Assembly (NCBI GenBank): GCA_040396875.1
Contig: JBBAWZ010000005.1
Span: forward strand, 2,552-66,551
Length of the DNA stretch: 64,000 bases
Source of the DNA: Bacilli bacterium
GTDB taxonomy: Bacteria; Bacillota_I; Bacilli_A; RFN20; CAG-826
Direction of reading: 5' to 3'
Both the position numbers and the translations under genes were made by a program. Position 1 is the first letter of the stretch, and each line of letters opens with the position of its first letter. Shown piece after piece: positions 1 through 8,452 of the stretch. Under the pieces are notes generated by a model. That model made no database searches and was not told where the DNA came from. It worked only from the letters and a program-made list of their open reading frames with translations.

Positions 1-359
1 TCAAATGGTTTAAATTGACCAATCAACCATCGCGAGGCATATTCAATCAAGAACCATAACCAGGCAAACGGTAACCATTCTTTTCTTTTGAGAAGAATGT
101 ATACATAAACCAAACTGGATAATAATTGTGATAAACCCCAAAAGGCAAACATACCAATAATCACTTGGCGGGCTTCAACGGAGTATGTATCTAACGGAAT
201 GGTTGCAATCAATTGAGCGCCTCCATCTGGAAGAAAGATATGCAAGAGACTACGACCAATACCAACCAAGGTAAAGATCCAAATAAAACCTAGACTGATT
301 TGATAGTAAAGGGATTTCTTGTTGATGGTGTTCGCAAACAAAGTGAATGTTGTTTTCAT
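1..359 (-). CDS. Hypothetical multi-pass membrane protein (N-terminal part; gene runs off the left edge)
   Basis: The minus-strand ATG at 357-359 overlaps the stop of the upstream esterase gene (TAATG). The frame is open to the window edge. The translation MKTTFTLFANTINKKSLYYQISLGFIWIFTLVGIG...WLWFLIEYASRWLIGQFKPF is hydrophobic. It is absent from the ORF track because there is no stop in the window. Confidence 0.6.
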   Translation of the reverse strand, partial: MKTTFTLFANTINKKSLYYQISLGFIWIFTLVGIGRSLLHIFLPDGGAQLIATIPLDTYSVEARQVIIGMFAFWGLSQLLSSLVYVYILLKRKEWLPFAWLWFLIEYASRWLIGQFKPF

Positions 360-1090
360 TAATATGTCCTCAAAAATCTTTTAGCAAGTTCAACCCATTC
401 TTTCATATAAGCGAACCGTTGATGGAATTCTTCAAGTGAAAATTCACTGTAGGCGACATCATCGCTGCCAACTGAAAAACCATGTAATCCTTGTGGATAG
501 ATGTGAAGGGCAAATGGTACGCGGTTTTTGCGTAATGCTTCTGCAAACATCAACGCATTTTCAACATGAACAATCGCATCGTCTTGGGTATGAAAAATAA
601 AACAAGGTGGTGTTTCTTTTGTGACATGTAAATCTAATGAAACTTCTGCGGCTTTTTCTTTGGTGATATCGGGTCCTAATAAATTCATCAGTGAACCTAC
701 ATGACGGTATTTAATATCAGAGGTGATTGGTGCATAGGCTAATACACCAGCGTTAACTAAATGCGGATAGTAAGTCATGATCGTCGCAGCCAAGTGACCA
801 CCCGCAGAAAAACCAACCAAATAAATTTTACTAACGCGAGCATCACTTCTTAATTGTTCAATCATTTCTTTTGCTTCGATATGGGTGTATGGATGAAGAA
901 GTTTTTCTTCTCGATAGTAATAGATACCCGTGTGATAGCCTTCGCTTGCAAAAGCATTGACGACCGGTTGGGCTTCTCTCCAAGAGGTATATTCATAACC
1001 ACCACCTGGAAGAATCAATAAAAATGGTCTTGGTTGATCATTTTGCCAAGCAATATCAATAAAGTTTTTTGAGTGTTGATAGAGTTTCAT
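359..1090 (-). CDS. Alpha/beta-hydrolase fold esterase/lipase
   Basis: Track ORF trimmed to the ATG at 1088-1090, which is preceded by AAAGGGG. It has a GFSAGGH nucleophile elbow (GxSxG), a DDAIV Asp and a LHGF His region, and the LLILPGGGY oxyanion-type segment typical of this fold. Confidence 0.85.
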   Translation of the reverse strand: MKLYQHSKNFIDIAWQNDQPRPFLLILPGGGYEYTSWREAQPVVNAFASEGYHTGIYYYREEKLLHPYTHIEAKEMIEQLRSDARVSKIYLVGFSAGGHLAATIMTYYPHLVNAGVLAYAPITSDIKYRHVGSLMNLLGPDITKEKAAEVSLDLHVTKETPPCFIFHTQDDAIVHVENALMFAEALRKNRVPFALHIYPQGLHGFSVGSDDVAYSEFSLEEFHQRFAYMKEWVELAKRFLRTY

Positions 1091-1188
1091 ACACACCCCT
1101 TTATCATTATAACGATTAAGACTTTTTTATTATGTTATTTATCTAGATTTAAGATTTTTCAATACATTGAATCGAGTATAATAAAAGC

Positions 1189-2496
1189 ATGAAAGACGAA
1201 ACAATCCTACTCAATAAATTCAAATTAGACCGTTATTCACCCTTAATGGAAGACGCTCTTTTAATCAATTTAGATTTAAAAAAATATCGTGACGCAAAAG
1301 CCTCTTTATTACAAGCAACGATTCTAGGATTATTTGAAAACAAAAAAGAACTCGTGATCTTTTTTTATCTACCCGAACCTGGTCAGTATTTATCGGAAAT
1401 TGTCATTAATAAACAACGTTACGGTGTTCAAATTCAAGACGAAGAAGGTCTTGTGCATAAATATGTGATACCAACACCTTTTAAACCTGGAAAGCTCGAC
1501 ATCTCAGAATATGTATTTGTGGATGATGTGTTAAAAAGAACAACCTTTGCAGTCAAAGAAGAACACATCTTCGGTGTTTTAAATGATCAATACTACTACG
1601 ATTCAAAAAAATATTACCAAACCCAACTTGAAGGTGAACTACTTTATGACGTGATTGATATGTCCACCGTTCAAAATAAAGTTGAGGATTTATTAGGTCG
1701 ACCTTTTTTCTATCGTGACATTTCTTCTTTAAAAGCTAAGGCAACCAAACTGTATTATGTTGCATTTAACCTTTTTGATTCCAAACAAAAGAAGTATTTT
1801 ATTCCTGAAGATATTGTAGAAATGAGAGTCAATTACGAAGAAAAACGATATGTTTATCAAGCAAAGAAGGTCGTCAATGAAACCGATGTTGACCCCACAG
1901 TGGATGGTGAAACCTTTGCATTGGATAAAAAAGAAACCATTGCAAAAGAGCCACGAAAAATTGAAACGGGTGAAAAATCGGATTGGAATTTGATTCAAAA
2001 TTTCTTCACATATAAACAATACCGTTACCAATCCATCTATAAAATTAATGACCAGGTTAAGTTAAAAGAAAAACAAACCCACAACTATACCTATGTCTTG
2101 GTGATTGGACCTAAATTTGGTTATCGATATAGCCAAGCTACTTTGAAGAGAGTAAATGGAACAGATTATGATTTTGAAGAGACTACATTATCAAAGGTTA
2201 AAATCTATCATCTTACGTATCAAGAAAAAGGTCACCGTTATGCCGTACCGGTTCAAAGTTTAGTGTATGAAACTGATAAAAAGGCGAGATTACCAAGAGT
2301 TCGCCATCGTATTAAAATGTTTTTTAAAACGTTAGGGAAAATTGTTGGAACCCCTATTAAATTTATCTTTGGGGCGACCGGATTTCTCTATCAATTGGTT
2401 CGTTGGATTTTTAAACGCTGGAAATTATTACTGATCTTGTTGGTTGCTATTCTATTAGTCTATTTGGGTGTTCAAATTGCAGGATGGTTCCAATAA
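1189..2496 (+). CDS. Hypothetical protein: large Tyr/Lys-rich soluble N-terminal region with a C-terminal hydrophobic anchor
   Basis: Long 435-aa ORF. The C-terminus carries IKFIFGATGFLYQLVRWIF and WKLLLILLVAILLVYLGVQIAGWF hydrophobic segments. There is no N-terminal signal peptide and I recognise no family motif. Its stop overlaps the next gene (TAATG at 2494-2498). Confidence 0.7.
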   Translation: MKDETILLNKFKLDRYSPLMEDALLINLDLKKYRDAKASLLQATILGLFENKKELVIFFYLPEPGQYLSEIVINKQRYGVQIQDEEGLVHKYVIPTPFKPGKLDISEYVFVDDVLKRTTFAVKEEHIFGVLNDQYYYDSKKYYQTQLEGELLYDVIDMSTVQNKVEDLLGRPFFYRDISSLKAKATKLYYVAFNLFDSKQKKYFIPEDIVEMRVNYEEKRYVYQAKKVVNETDVDPTVDGETFALDKKETIAKEPRKIETGEKSDWNLIQNFFTYKQYRYQSIYKINDQVKLKEKQTHNYTYVLVIGPKFGYRYSQATLKRVNGTDYDFEETTLSKVKIYHLTYQEKGHRYAVPVQSLVYETDKKARLPRVRHRIKMFFKTLGKIVGTPIKFIFGATGFLYQLVRWIFKRWKLLLILLVAILLVYLGVQIAGWFQ

Positions 2497-4598
2497 TGGA
2501 TTTGATTTCCTTACTTCTTTTTATCGGAACCCTTGGTTTAATTGGGGCCATGATCTACCTTGATCTTGCTAAATATAAATTCCATTTCTTTTTAGGCATT
2601 ATTGTCTTGGGTGTTGCACTCTATACTTATGGGCTTATTGGGAATGGAGAAACGTTAAATATAATTGATTTGGTCCTCAAAGCTTTTGGCAATACGACCG
2701 CCATCTTAAGGGGTATTTTCCGCACAACTGAAATTAGTAATCGTATTAATAATGATTTGCTTTTCCTTCTTTCAGCCTACGCGATTCACGTGATTGGTTT
2801 TGGATACACTTATATTTTAATTTTTGCTGTTTTCTTTAATAACCTTGCATTAAAAATGCGGTTCTTCTTTCTTAAAAGCAGACCTCATTATTTAATCTTG
2901 GGTGATGATGAAAAAGTAACTTATTTATTAAAGTCTTTTGAAAAAGAATCCAAAAAGAATCGACAATCAAAGGCAATCAATGTTGCCTTACCCAAAGCTT
3001 TACTGTCAGCCAAAGAAATCAACACAAAGTACTCATTTAAACCAGGGTTTACGACTTTTGATGTCACCAATCAACGACTTGAATCTTTACTAGGATCACC
3101 TAAACAAGAAGCGACTTTCGTTAGTTTATTAACCAAAGATACCGACGTCATGGCGTTGGTAGAAAAACTCAATCGGTATTATCAACAAAATCCAAACAGT
3201 AAACTCAAGTCCTATATTCTATATCAAGATAAACAACACCTACCAATCTATGAATCCTTTAGTCAAGAAAAGCAAAAGCTTCGCTTCTTTTCTTACCACC
3301 AACTCATCGCCCAACAACTTGTTCTTGAATACCCACTCACCTCTTATTTACCTAAGAGGATGATCAATTTTGAAAAAGCCACATTAGAAGATGTCAAAAT
3401 CCAATATCACTTACTTGGATTTGGTCAAACGAACGAAGATATTTATCGGCATTTATTTGTGACCAATCAATTCCCACCTAAAGCTTCAAAATTCTTCGGT
3501 AAAGAATTTACCAGTTATGCAAACCCTCCCATCACTTACAATATCTACCGCGATCCTTTGATGAATCCAGGTGTGGTGAGAACCTTCTCAACGCCATCTG
3601 TGAATAAGCGTGATTATTTACCACTTCCACCTTTATCAGCGGCAACAGAAACGATCAATACCACATTTAATGATGCTCAATTTTTAGATGCAATCTCAAA
3701 CCACATCACCAAAATAGATGACTTCCAAATCTTTGTGATAGCCTTTGATAACGATGTGTTTAACCTCCGTGTTCTTCAACAATTAGTGAGTTGGACCATT
3801 GAAAAACGTATGCAACGTTTCCAGATCTTTGTTCAAATCCTCAATCGTGATTATCAACAAACGAGTCAATTGTTTAAAAACTCAAAAGTCATTCCGTTTG
3901 GTTTTGGGGACTATGGTTATTCATTAAACCAAATCATTAATCCGGTCTTTACGCAAATCGCGAAGAATATTCACGCGACCTTAAATCCACAAAAACCGTT
4001 TGAAGCATTACTCGCTCAAGAAAAAGAAAACTTACTTTATGAGGCAATTAGTTTACGATTCAAACTCAATTTAATGGGATTAGATTTAGCACCACAATCC
4101 AAAGGTTTATCTGAAGCCAGTTTTATGAAACGATACGACGAAGATGATCAGTCTCGGTTTCACCAAGTTCATCCTCGAGCCAAAAATGATGCGGACTTAA
4201 ATCGTTATAAACCTGTCGCAAAGAAAATCCGTAACTTACTTGCAAGACAAGAACATTTAAGGTGGACTGCAAATCAAATGACTCGTGGTTACATTCCGAT
4301 GAGTATCGAAGAAATGGTGATGACGAAAGATTACGTCGACCATCAACTTAAAAAAGATGCTCGATTAACGTCTTTTGAAGGTTTATTTGAATTACATGAA
4401 AAACTTGTTCATGATTTAGAATTTAGTTTCTCAAACGCTGATGTGATTTATCCTTATTTCCACACGATGGATCATTTATATCAAATTATTAAAGGCACCC
4501 CTTTTAGTGTGGTGGATACGATTGACGAAAAGAATAATCGAACGATTGAAATGCCAATTACCGATACCGGAAATGTGAATAGTAAAATTAAATCTTAA
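2496..4598 (+). CDS. Hypothetical polytopic membrane protein with two Rossmann/TrkA-N-like segments and a RyR-like C-terminal domain
   Basis: 704-aa track ORF; the start is either 2484 or the TAATG-coupled ATG at 2496. The first ~125 aa contain about 4 TM helices. YLILGDDEKVTYLL and HLLGFGQTNEDIYRHL resemble KTN/TrkA-N strand-loop-helix starts. The C-terminal LARQEHLRWTANQMTRGY...KKDARLTSFEGL resembles bacterial RyR-domain signatures. This is similarity by eye only. Confidence 0.7.
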   Translation: MDLISLLLFIGTLGLIGAMIYLDLAKYKFHFFLGIIVLGVALYTYGLIGNGETLNIIDLVLKAFGNTTAILRGIFRTTEISNRINNDLLFLLSAYAIHVIGFGYTYILIFAVFFNNLALKMRFFFLKSRPHYLILGDDEKVTYLLKSFEKESKKNRQSKAINVALPKALLSAKEINTKYSFKPGFTTFDVTNQRLESLLGSPKQEATFVSLLTKDTDVMALVEKLNRYYQQNPNSKLKSYILYQDKQHLPIYESFSQEKQKLRFFSYHQLIAQQLVLEYPLTSYLPKRMINFEKATLEDVKIQYHLLGFGQTNEDIYRHLFVTNQFPPKASKFFGKEFTSYANPPITYNIYRDPLMNPGVVRTFSTPSVNKRDYLPLPPLSAATETINTTFNDAQFLDAISNHITKIDDFQIFVIAFDNDVFNLRVLQQLVSWTIEKRMQRFQIFVQILNRDYQQTSQLFKNSKVIPFGFGDYGYSLNQIINPVFTQIAKNIHATLNPQKPFEALLAQEKENLLYEAISLRFKLNLMGLDLAPQSKGLSEASFMKRYDEDDQSRFHQVHPRAKNDADLNRYKPVAKKIRNLLARQEHLRWTANQMTRGYIPMSIEEMVMTKDYVDHQLKKDARLTSFEGLFELHEKLVHDLEFSFSNADVIYPYFHTMDHLYQIIKGTPFSVVDTIDEKNNRTIEMPITDTGNVNSKIKS

Positions 4599-6185
4599 TT
4601 ATTTTTTGAGAATTGTCGATTGAATAAAGGGCACTTCGATTAAAGGATCCAGTCTAGGGAAAAGTGGAATGGGTGGATTAAGTTTTAAACCATTGACAAC
4701 CTTGGGGTCGGCAATCGCCTTCAATGTGGGCTTTTCTTTTGTACCAAGTTGAAGAAAGAAAGCGTCTGATGTTGTCACCAAGATTGGTTGATAAAGGGTT
4801 CCCGCGACATAAAGGGTGTAGATGAGTTGGTGCATCACCACTTGCAGGGCTTTTAATTTACCGGGGTCTTTTGCTAAATTCCAAGGTTGCGTTTCATCAA
4901 TGTATTTATTCGCTCTTGCGACGAGTTGGTTCACCTTTGCATATGCTTCTGTGATCAACAATTGATTCATCAAAGTTTGATAATCCTGAATCGTTTGACT
5001 GGTTAAGGATGATAATTGGTGATCAAATTCTGAAATCGGTCCTTGAAAGTTTGGGACCACACCTTGGAAATATTTATTCACCATGTTAATGGTACGATTC
5101 AATAAATTACCAAAGTCATTAGCAAGATCGGTATTAATGCGTTCCACAAATTGCTCTGGACTAAATTGGCCATCACCACCGAAGACAGTTTCTCTAACAA
5201 GATAATACCGAACGGTGTCCACACCATATTTTTCCATTAAAGGTAAAGGATCAATGACGTTGCCTTTGGATTTGGACATCTTGGCATCTTTCATCATTAA
5301 TAATCCATGCGCGAAAACACGATCCGGTAAACGTAAACCTAACGCCATTAAAAAGATTGGCCAGTAGATGACATGGAATCGAGTGATATCACTTCCGACA
5401 ATGTGAATGACTTCTGATTGGGGGTCTTTCCAAAACTTTTCATACAACTCAGGTTTTGCACTTCCGTATCCTAATGCGGTGATGTAATTGGTTAAAGCAT
5501 CTAACCACACATACACGACATGTCGAGGATCTTCTTTAACTTTGACACCCCAAGAAAAAGAGGTTCGAGAAACACAAAGGTCTTCAAGTCCAGGTTTGAT
5601 AAACGTATTTATCATTTCATTCTTGCGAGATTCTGGGGTAATGAACAAAGGATTTTTTTGATAATAATCCATTAACCGATCTGCATATTTACTCATTCTA
5701 AAGAAATAAGCATCTTCGGCTTCGGGATGAACCGCGCGCTTACAATCAGGGCAAACTTTGGCTTCACCAATTTGTGTATCGGTCCAAAACGATTCACAAA
5801 ACTTACAATACCAACCTTGATATTTGGAAAGGTAAATGTCGTCTTGTTTTAGTAGTTGACTAAAGATTTGTTGAACCACTTTTTCATGTCGCGGTTCTGT
5901 TGTCCGAATAAAGTCATCATAACTAATACGCATTTTAGACCACAATTCTTTGATGCCCACGACGACATCATCCACGAATTGTTGAGGTGATTTACCGTTT
6001 TTTTCTGCTGTTTCTTGAATCTTTTGTCCATGTTCATCCGTTCCAGTTAAAAAATAAGTCGGAACACCTGCAAGACGTTTATATCTCGCAAACACATCCG
6101 TCACAACGGTGGAGTATGCGTGCCCAATGTGGAGTTTGGCACTTGGGTAATAAATGGGGGTGGTAATATAAAATTTTGTTTTCAT
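4599..6185 (-). CDS. metG: Methionyl-tRNA synthetase (short form)
   Basis: HIGHAYS (HIGH) and KMSKSKGN (KMSKS) motifs, plus the CKFCESF...CPDC zinc knuckle. Start trimmed to MKTKFYITTPIYY (ATG 6183-6185). Confidence 0.95.
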   Translation of the reverse strand: MKTKFYITTPIYYPSAKLHIGHAYSTVVTDVFARYKRLAGVPTYFLTGTDEHGQKIQETAEKNGKSPQQFVDDVVVGIKELWSKMRISYDDFIRTTEPRHEKVVQQIFSQLLKQDDIYLSKYQGWYCKFCESFWTDTQIGEAKVCPDCKRAVHPEAEDAYFFRMSKYADRLMDYYQKNPLFITPESRKNEMINTFIKPGLEDLCVSRTSFSWGVKVKEDPRHVVYVWLDALTNYITALGYGSAKPELYEKFWKDPQSEVIHIVGSDITRFHVIYWPIFLMALGLRLPDRVFAHGLLMMKDAKMSKSKGNVIDPLPLMEKYGVDTVRYYLVRETVFGGDGQFSPEQFVERINTDLANDFGNLLNRTINMVNKYFQGVVPNFQGPISEFDHQLSSLTSQTIQDYQTLMNQLLITEAYAKVNQLVARANKYIDETQPWNLAKDPGKLKALQVVMHQLIYTLYVAGTLYQPILVTTSDAFFLQLGTKEKPTLKAIADPKVVNGLKLNPPIPLFPRLDPLIEVPFIQSTILKK

Positions 6186-6200
6186 GGTTCTTATTATAAA

Positions 6201-6234
6201 GAAAAAAACCACTCTCTTCTTAGAAAGTGGTTTT
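6201..6234 (-). terminator. Rho-independent terminator after rpmE
   Basis: On the minus strand the sequence reads AAAACCACU-loop-AGUGGUUUU followed by UUUC, a 9-bp stem. Confidence 0.7.
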
Positions 6235-6245
6235 GATACTTTGTT

Positions 6246-6449
6246 TTACTTTTTCGCGTAACGTTTGTTAAAGCGATCAACACGACCATCAATCTTAGTG
6301 TTGCGATCTTTACCAGTAAAGAATGGGTGGCAGCTTGCGCATGTGTCAACCCGTACTTCGTCTAGAATCGATCCTGCTTCGAAGGTATTGCCGCAGCTAA
6401 TGCAAGTAACTTTAACTTGCTTATAGTTTGGGTGGATGCCTTGTTTCAT
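6246..6449 (-). CDS. rpmE: 50S ribosomal protein L31 (zinc-binding type)
   Basis: MKQGIHPNYKQVKVTCISCGNTFEAGS...CASCHPFFTGK. The start is trimmed to the ATG preceded by GGAAGGGAG. Confidence 0.95.
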   Translation of the reverse strand: MKQGIHPNYKQVKVTCISCGNTFEAGSILDEVRVDTCASCHPFFTGKDRNTKIDGRVDRFNKRYAKK

Positions 6450-6601
6450 TGGATGTGCTCCCTTCCGCCTTAAATCGCATTTGGATTTAAAGTAAGTGCT
6501 TAAAAATATTACCATCCTTCGATAGCGGTTGCAATGATTAAGAGTACATTTGTAAAAAAATGGTGAAGTTCTATAATGGTGGAAGTAAAAGGAGGGGTTT
6601 T

Positions 6602-7291
6602 ATGAAATTAACCCTCAAGCAAAGTTGGCTTACCTATGTGATTTTCGCCTATGGTTTACTGTTAACTGGTGTTTTAATTGAAAAATTCATCGTCGGATTC
6701 TTATTAGATCCAACCGATGACTGGTGGCGTTTCTGGTACCTCTTTACGTATCAAACCAACATCATGGTCGCCGCTTGGTCGGTCACCTATGGTTTAGGAA
6801 AAGTATTGAATTGGGAAAATGTTTTAAATTGGTTAACCAAGAAAATTGTGGTCATCATTATCACGGTTAATACCTTGATTGTGTTCTTGATTGTGTTCTT
6901 TGTTTTAAATCCAGTATTCGAAGGTGAATGGAACCCATTCTCGAGTTTATCCGAACTTCTTACCCATAACTTATCCACGGTTTTAATGAGTATGGTGTTC
7001 TTGATGATCCCTGGAAATGGTGTTTTAAAGAATAAAACGGCAATCACCGTGCTCATCTATCCATTTGTCTACTTTATTTTTCACACCATCATTGGTCTAT
7101 CCTTCACCTTTAGAGATGGAGAACCAGCCTTTAATTATGGTTTTGTGAATCCAAACAACTACAGTAATATATTGATCTTTGTCATGATTATTGTCTTATT
7201 GGTAGGCATTTTTGGGGCGATCGGTTTTGGTTTAATTCAATTAAAGAATAAAATTCATCCTGTCGCAACGACAAAAGCCATTCGACGTTAA
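6602..7291 (+). CDS. Integral membrane protein, possibly Pr6Pr/FAR-17a-like family
   Basis: About 6 TM segments. The WWRFWYLFTYQTNIMVAAW motif resembles the Pr6Pr signature (F-T-x-Q-S/T-N). The start at MKLTLKQ is preceded by GGAGGGG. Confidence 0.65.
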   Translation: MKLTLKQSWLTYVIFAYGLLLTGVLIEKFIVGFLLDPTDDWWRFWYLFTYQTNIMVAAWSVTYGLGKVLNWENVLNWLTKKIVVIIITVNTLIVFLIVFFVLNPVFEGEWNPFSSLSELLTHNLSTVLMSMVFLMIPGNGVLKNKTAITVLIYPFVYFIFHTIIGLSFTFRDGEPAFNYGFVNPNNYSNILIFVMIIVLLVGIFGAIGFGLIQLKNKIHPVATTKAIRR

Positions 7292-7301
7292 TCTGCAAAT
7301 C

Positions 7302-7333
7302 AAAAAACCGGCTCCATTGAGAACCGGTTTTTT
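7302..7333. terminator. Bidirectional rho-independent terminator between convergent genes
   Basis: AAAAAACCGG-loop-CCGGTTTTTT: a 10-bp stem flanked by an A-run and a T-run. Confidence 0.8.
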
Positions 7334-7343
7334 ATTTGGTTGA

Positions 7344-8111
7344 TTAAGCAACAAAACCTTCGTAGTTGGCTTTTTCAGTATCACTTAATAAATAGTCTGC
7401 TGGGACTAATAATTCAGGATTTCTAAAGGTAATCGTAGCCTCATAGACTTTATCGTTTCCCGAAGCGCTGATGCTAATTTCGCCTTCACTCGTACTGGTG
7501 GTGAAGGAGATAACCACATCTAAATCAGTAGGAACAAATCCAACTGTATCTTCAAAACTTGCTAAATCCAGGAAGTTACCAACGGGTAAGGTGTAAACTT
7601 TAACGTCTTGGGTTTCAGGTTGACCACCGATGATAAGATTGGTGGCTTGGTTATTAATAATGGACTTTGTTTCCTCGGATAAAACAGAATTGGCGGTTTC
7701 AACCGCAGTATCAAACATATCAAATGAATCGGCTTCAAAAGCATCAAAGACTTTGTCAACTTGGTTTGGGGTGTTGGCAAATTCTCGTTTAGCAAACAAA
7801 CCACCTGCAGCATAGTCATAAATGACAGTAAGGGTTCTTGTGGTCTCGACACCTTCATTTGTTTCAGGTGAAACGGCCACTAGTTTGATACCGGTTCCGA
7901 AAAGGTAAACTTCATAGCTTGTTGTTTTACCATCTACTGAAAGCACCGCTTCAACTTCAAAGTTAGATGTGATTCTATTTTGGTTATCGAGGGTTGGGAA
8001 GTAAAGATCATTCATCGTGTTAAAGACATCAGAAAAGTACGTTTGAGGCCCTAAGCAGCCTGCTAAGACTAGACTTGTAGCGAAGAGAGGTAATAATTTT
8101 GTTGTTTTCAT
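7344..8111 (-). CDS. Putative lipoprotein, unknown function
   Basis: Signal peptide with lipobox MKTTKLLPLFATSLVLAGC. AAAGGAGA RBS upstream. Confidence 0.8.
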   Translation of the reverse strand: MKTTKLLPLFATSLVLAGCLGPQTYFSDVFNTMNDLYFPTLDNQNRITSNFEVEAVLSVDGKTTSYEVYLFGTGIKLVAVSPETNEGVETTRTLTVIYDYAAGGLFAKREFANTPNQVDKVFDAFEADSFDMFDTAVETANSVLSEETKSIINNQATNLIIGGQPETQDVKVYTLPVGNFLDLASFEDTVGFVPTDLDVVISFTTSTSEGEISISASGNDKVYEATITFRNPELLVPADYLLSDTEKANYEGFVA

Positions 8112-8171
8112 GGTGGTTCTCCTTTACCATTGTGTGCCGACTTATTCATTAAAGCACATTTACTAAACAAT

Positions 8172-8206
8172 TAAATAAAAAATTTTCTTGGTAATCCAAG
8201 AAAATT
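8172..8206 (-). terminator. Terminator-like perfect hairpin (minus-strand orientation)
   Basis: AATTTTCTTGG-taat-CCAAGAAAATT is an 11-bp perfect stem. On the minus strand it is followed by TTTTTTATTT. On the plus strand no T-run follows it. Confidence 0.55.
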
Positions 8207-8389
8207 GTATATAAGTTGGCGCTGGTAGCACATTCAATGAGAGCGGATCATATGCCGATCAAGGAACGAGAATGGTGATGAACAACCATTCATACCAGGC
8301 AACCATATTAAACCACAAAGGGGTGGAAAGTGCCAGAAAGATGCTGGGAAGTTTGTGTGGGGACTGATTTAGGGCAACTAACTGTTGCG
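8172..8389 (-). ncRNA. Candidate ~215-nt structured RNA, or cis-regulatory leader of the lipoprotein gene; class unknown
   Basis: The spacer has no ORF of 60 aa or more and is visibly more GC-rich than other intergenic DNA here. On the minus strand there is a -35 TTAACA (8420-8425), an 18-nt spacer and a -10 TATTAA (8396-8401). The terminator hairpin at 8172-8206 lies 64 nt upstream of the lipoprotein start codon. Confidence 0.35.
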
Positions 8390-8452
8390 TTAAATTTAAT
8401 AGTCACGTGATTAAAAACTTGTTAAAATGATTTTATTATTTGGAGGAATTTT

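Noticed and set aside
8272-8367. A 31-codon ORF (MVMNNHSYQATILNHKGVESARKMLGSLCGD) with an AAGGAA-like RBS upstream of tldD/pmbA. It is tempting to read it as a peptide substrate of the TldD/E protease.
   Set aside because: It is short, has no recognisable RiPP or leader features (a single Cys) and has no terminator or promoter logic of its own. It lies inside the region better explained as a structured RNA. There is no support without conservation data.
8200-8400. I checked for SRP (4.5S/scRNA), 6S, tmRNA and common riboswitch signatures in the tldD-lipoprotein spacer.
   Set aside because: There is no GGAAGCAGC-type SRP domain IV, no tRNA-like ends, no T-box sequence and no aptamer core that I recognise. 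It is kept only as an unclassified RNA candidate.
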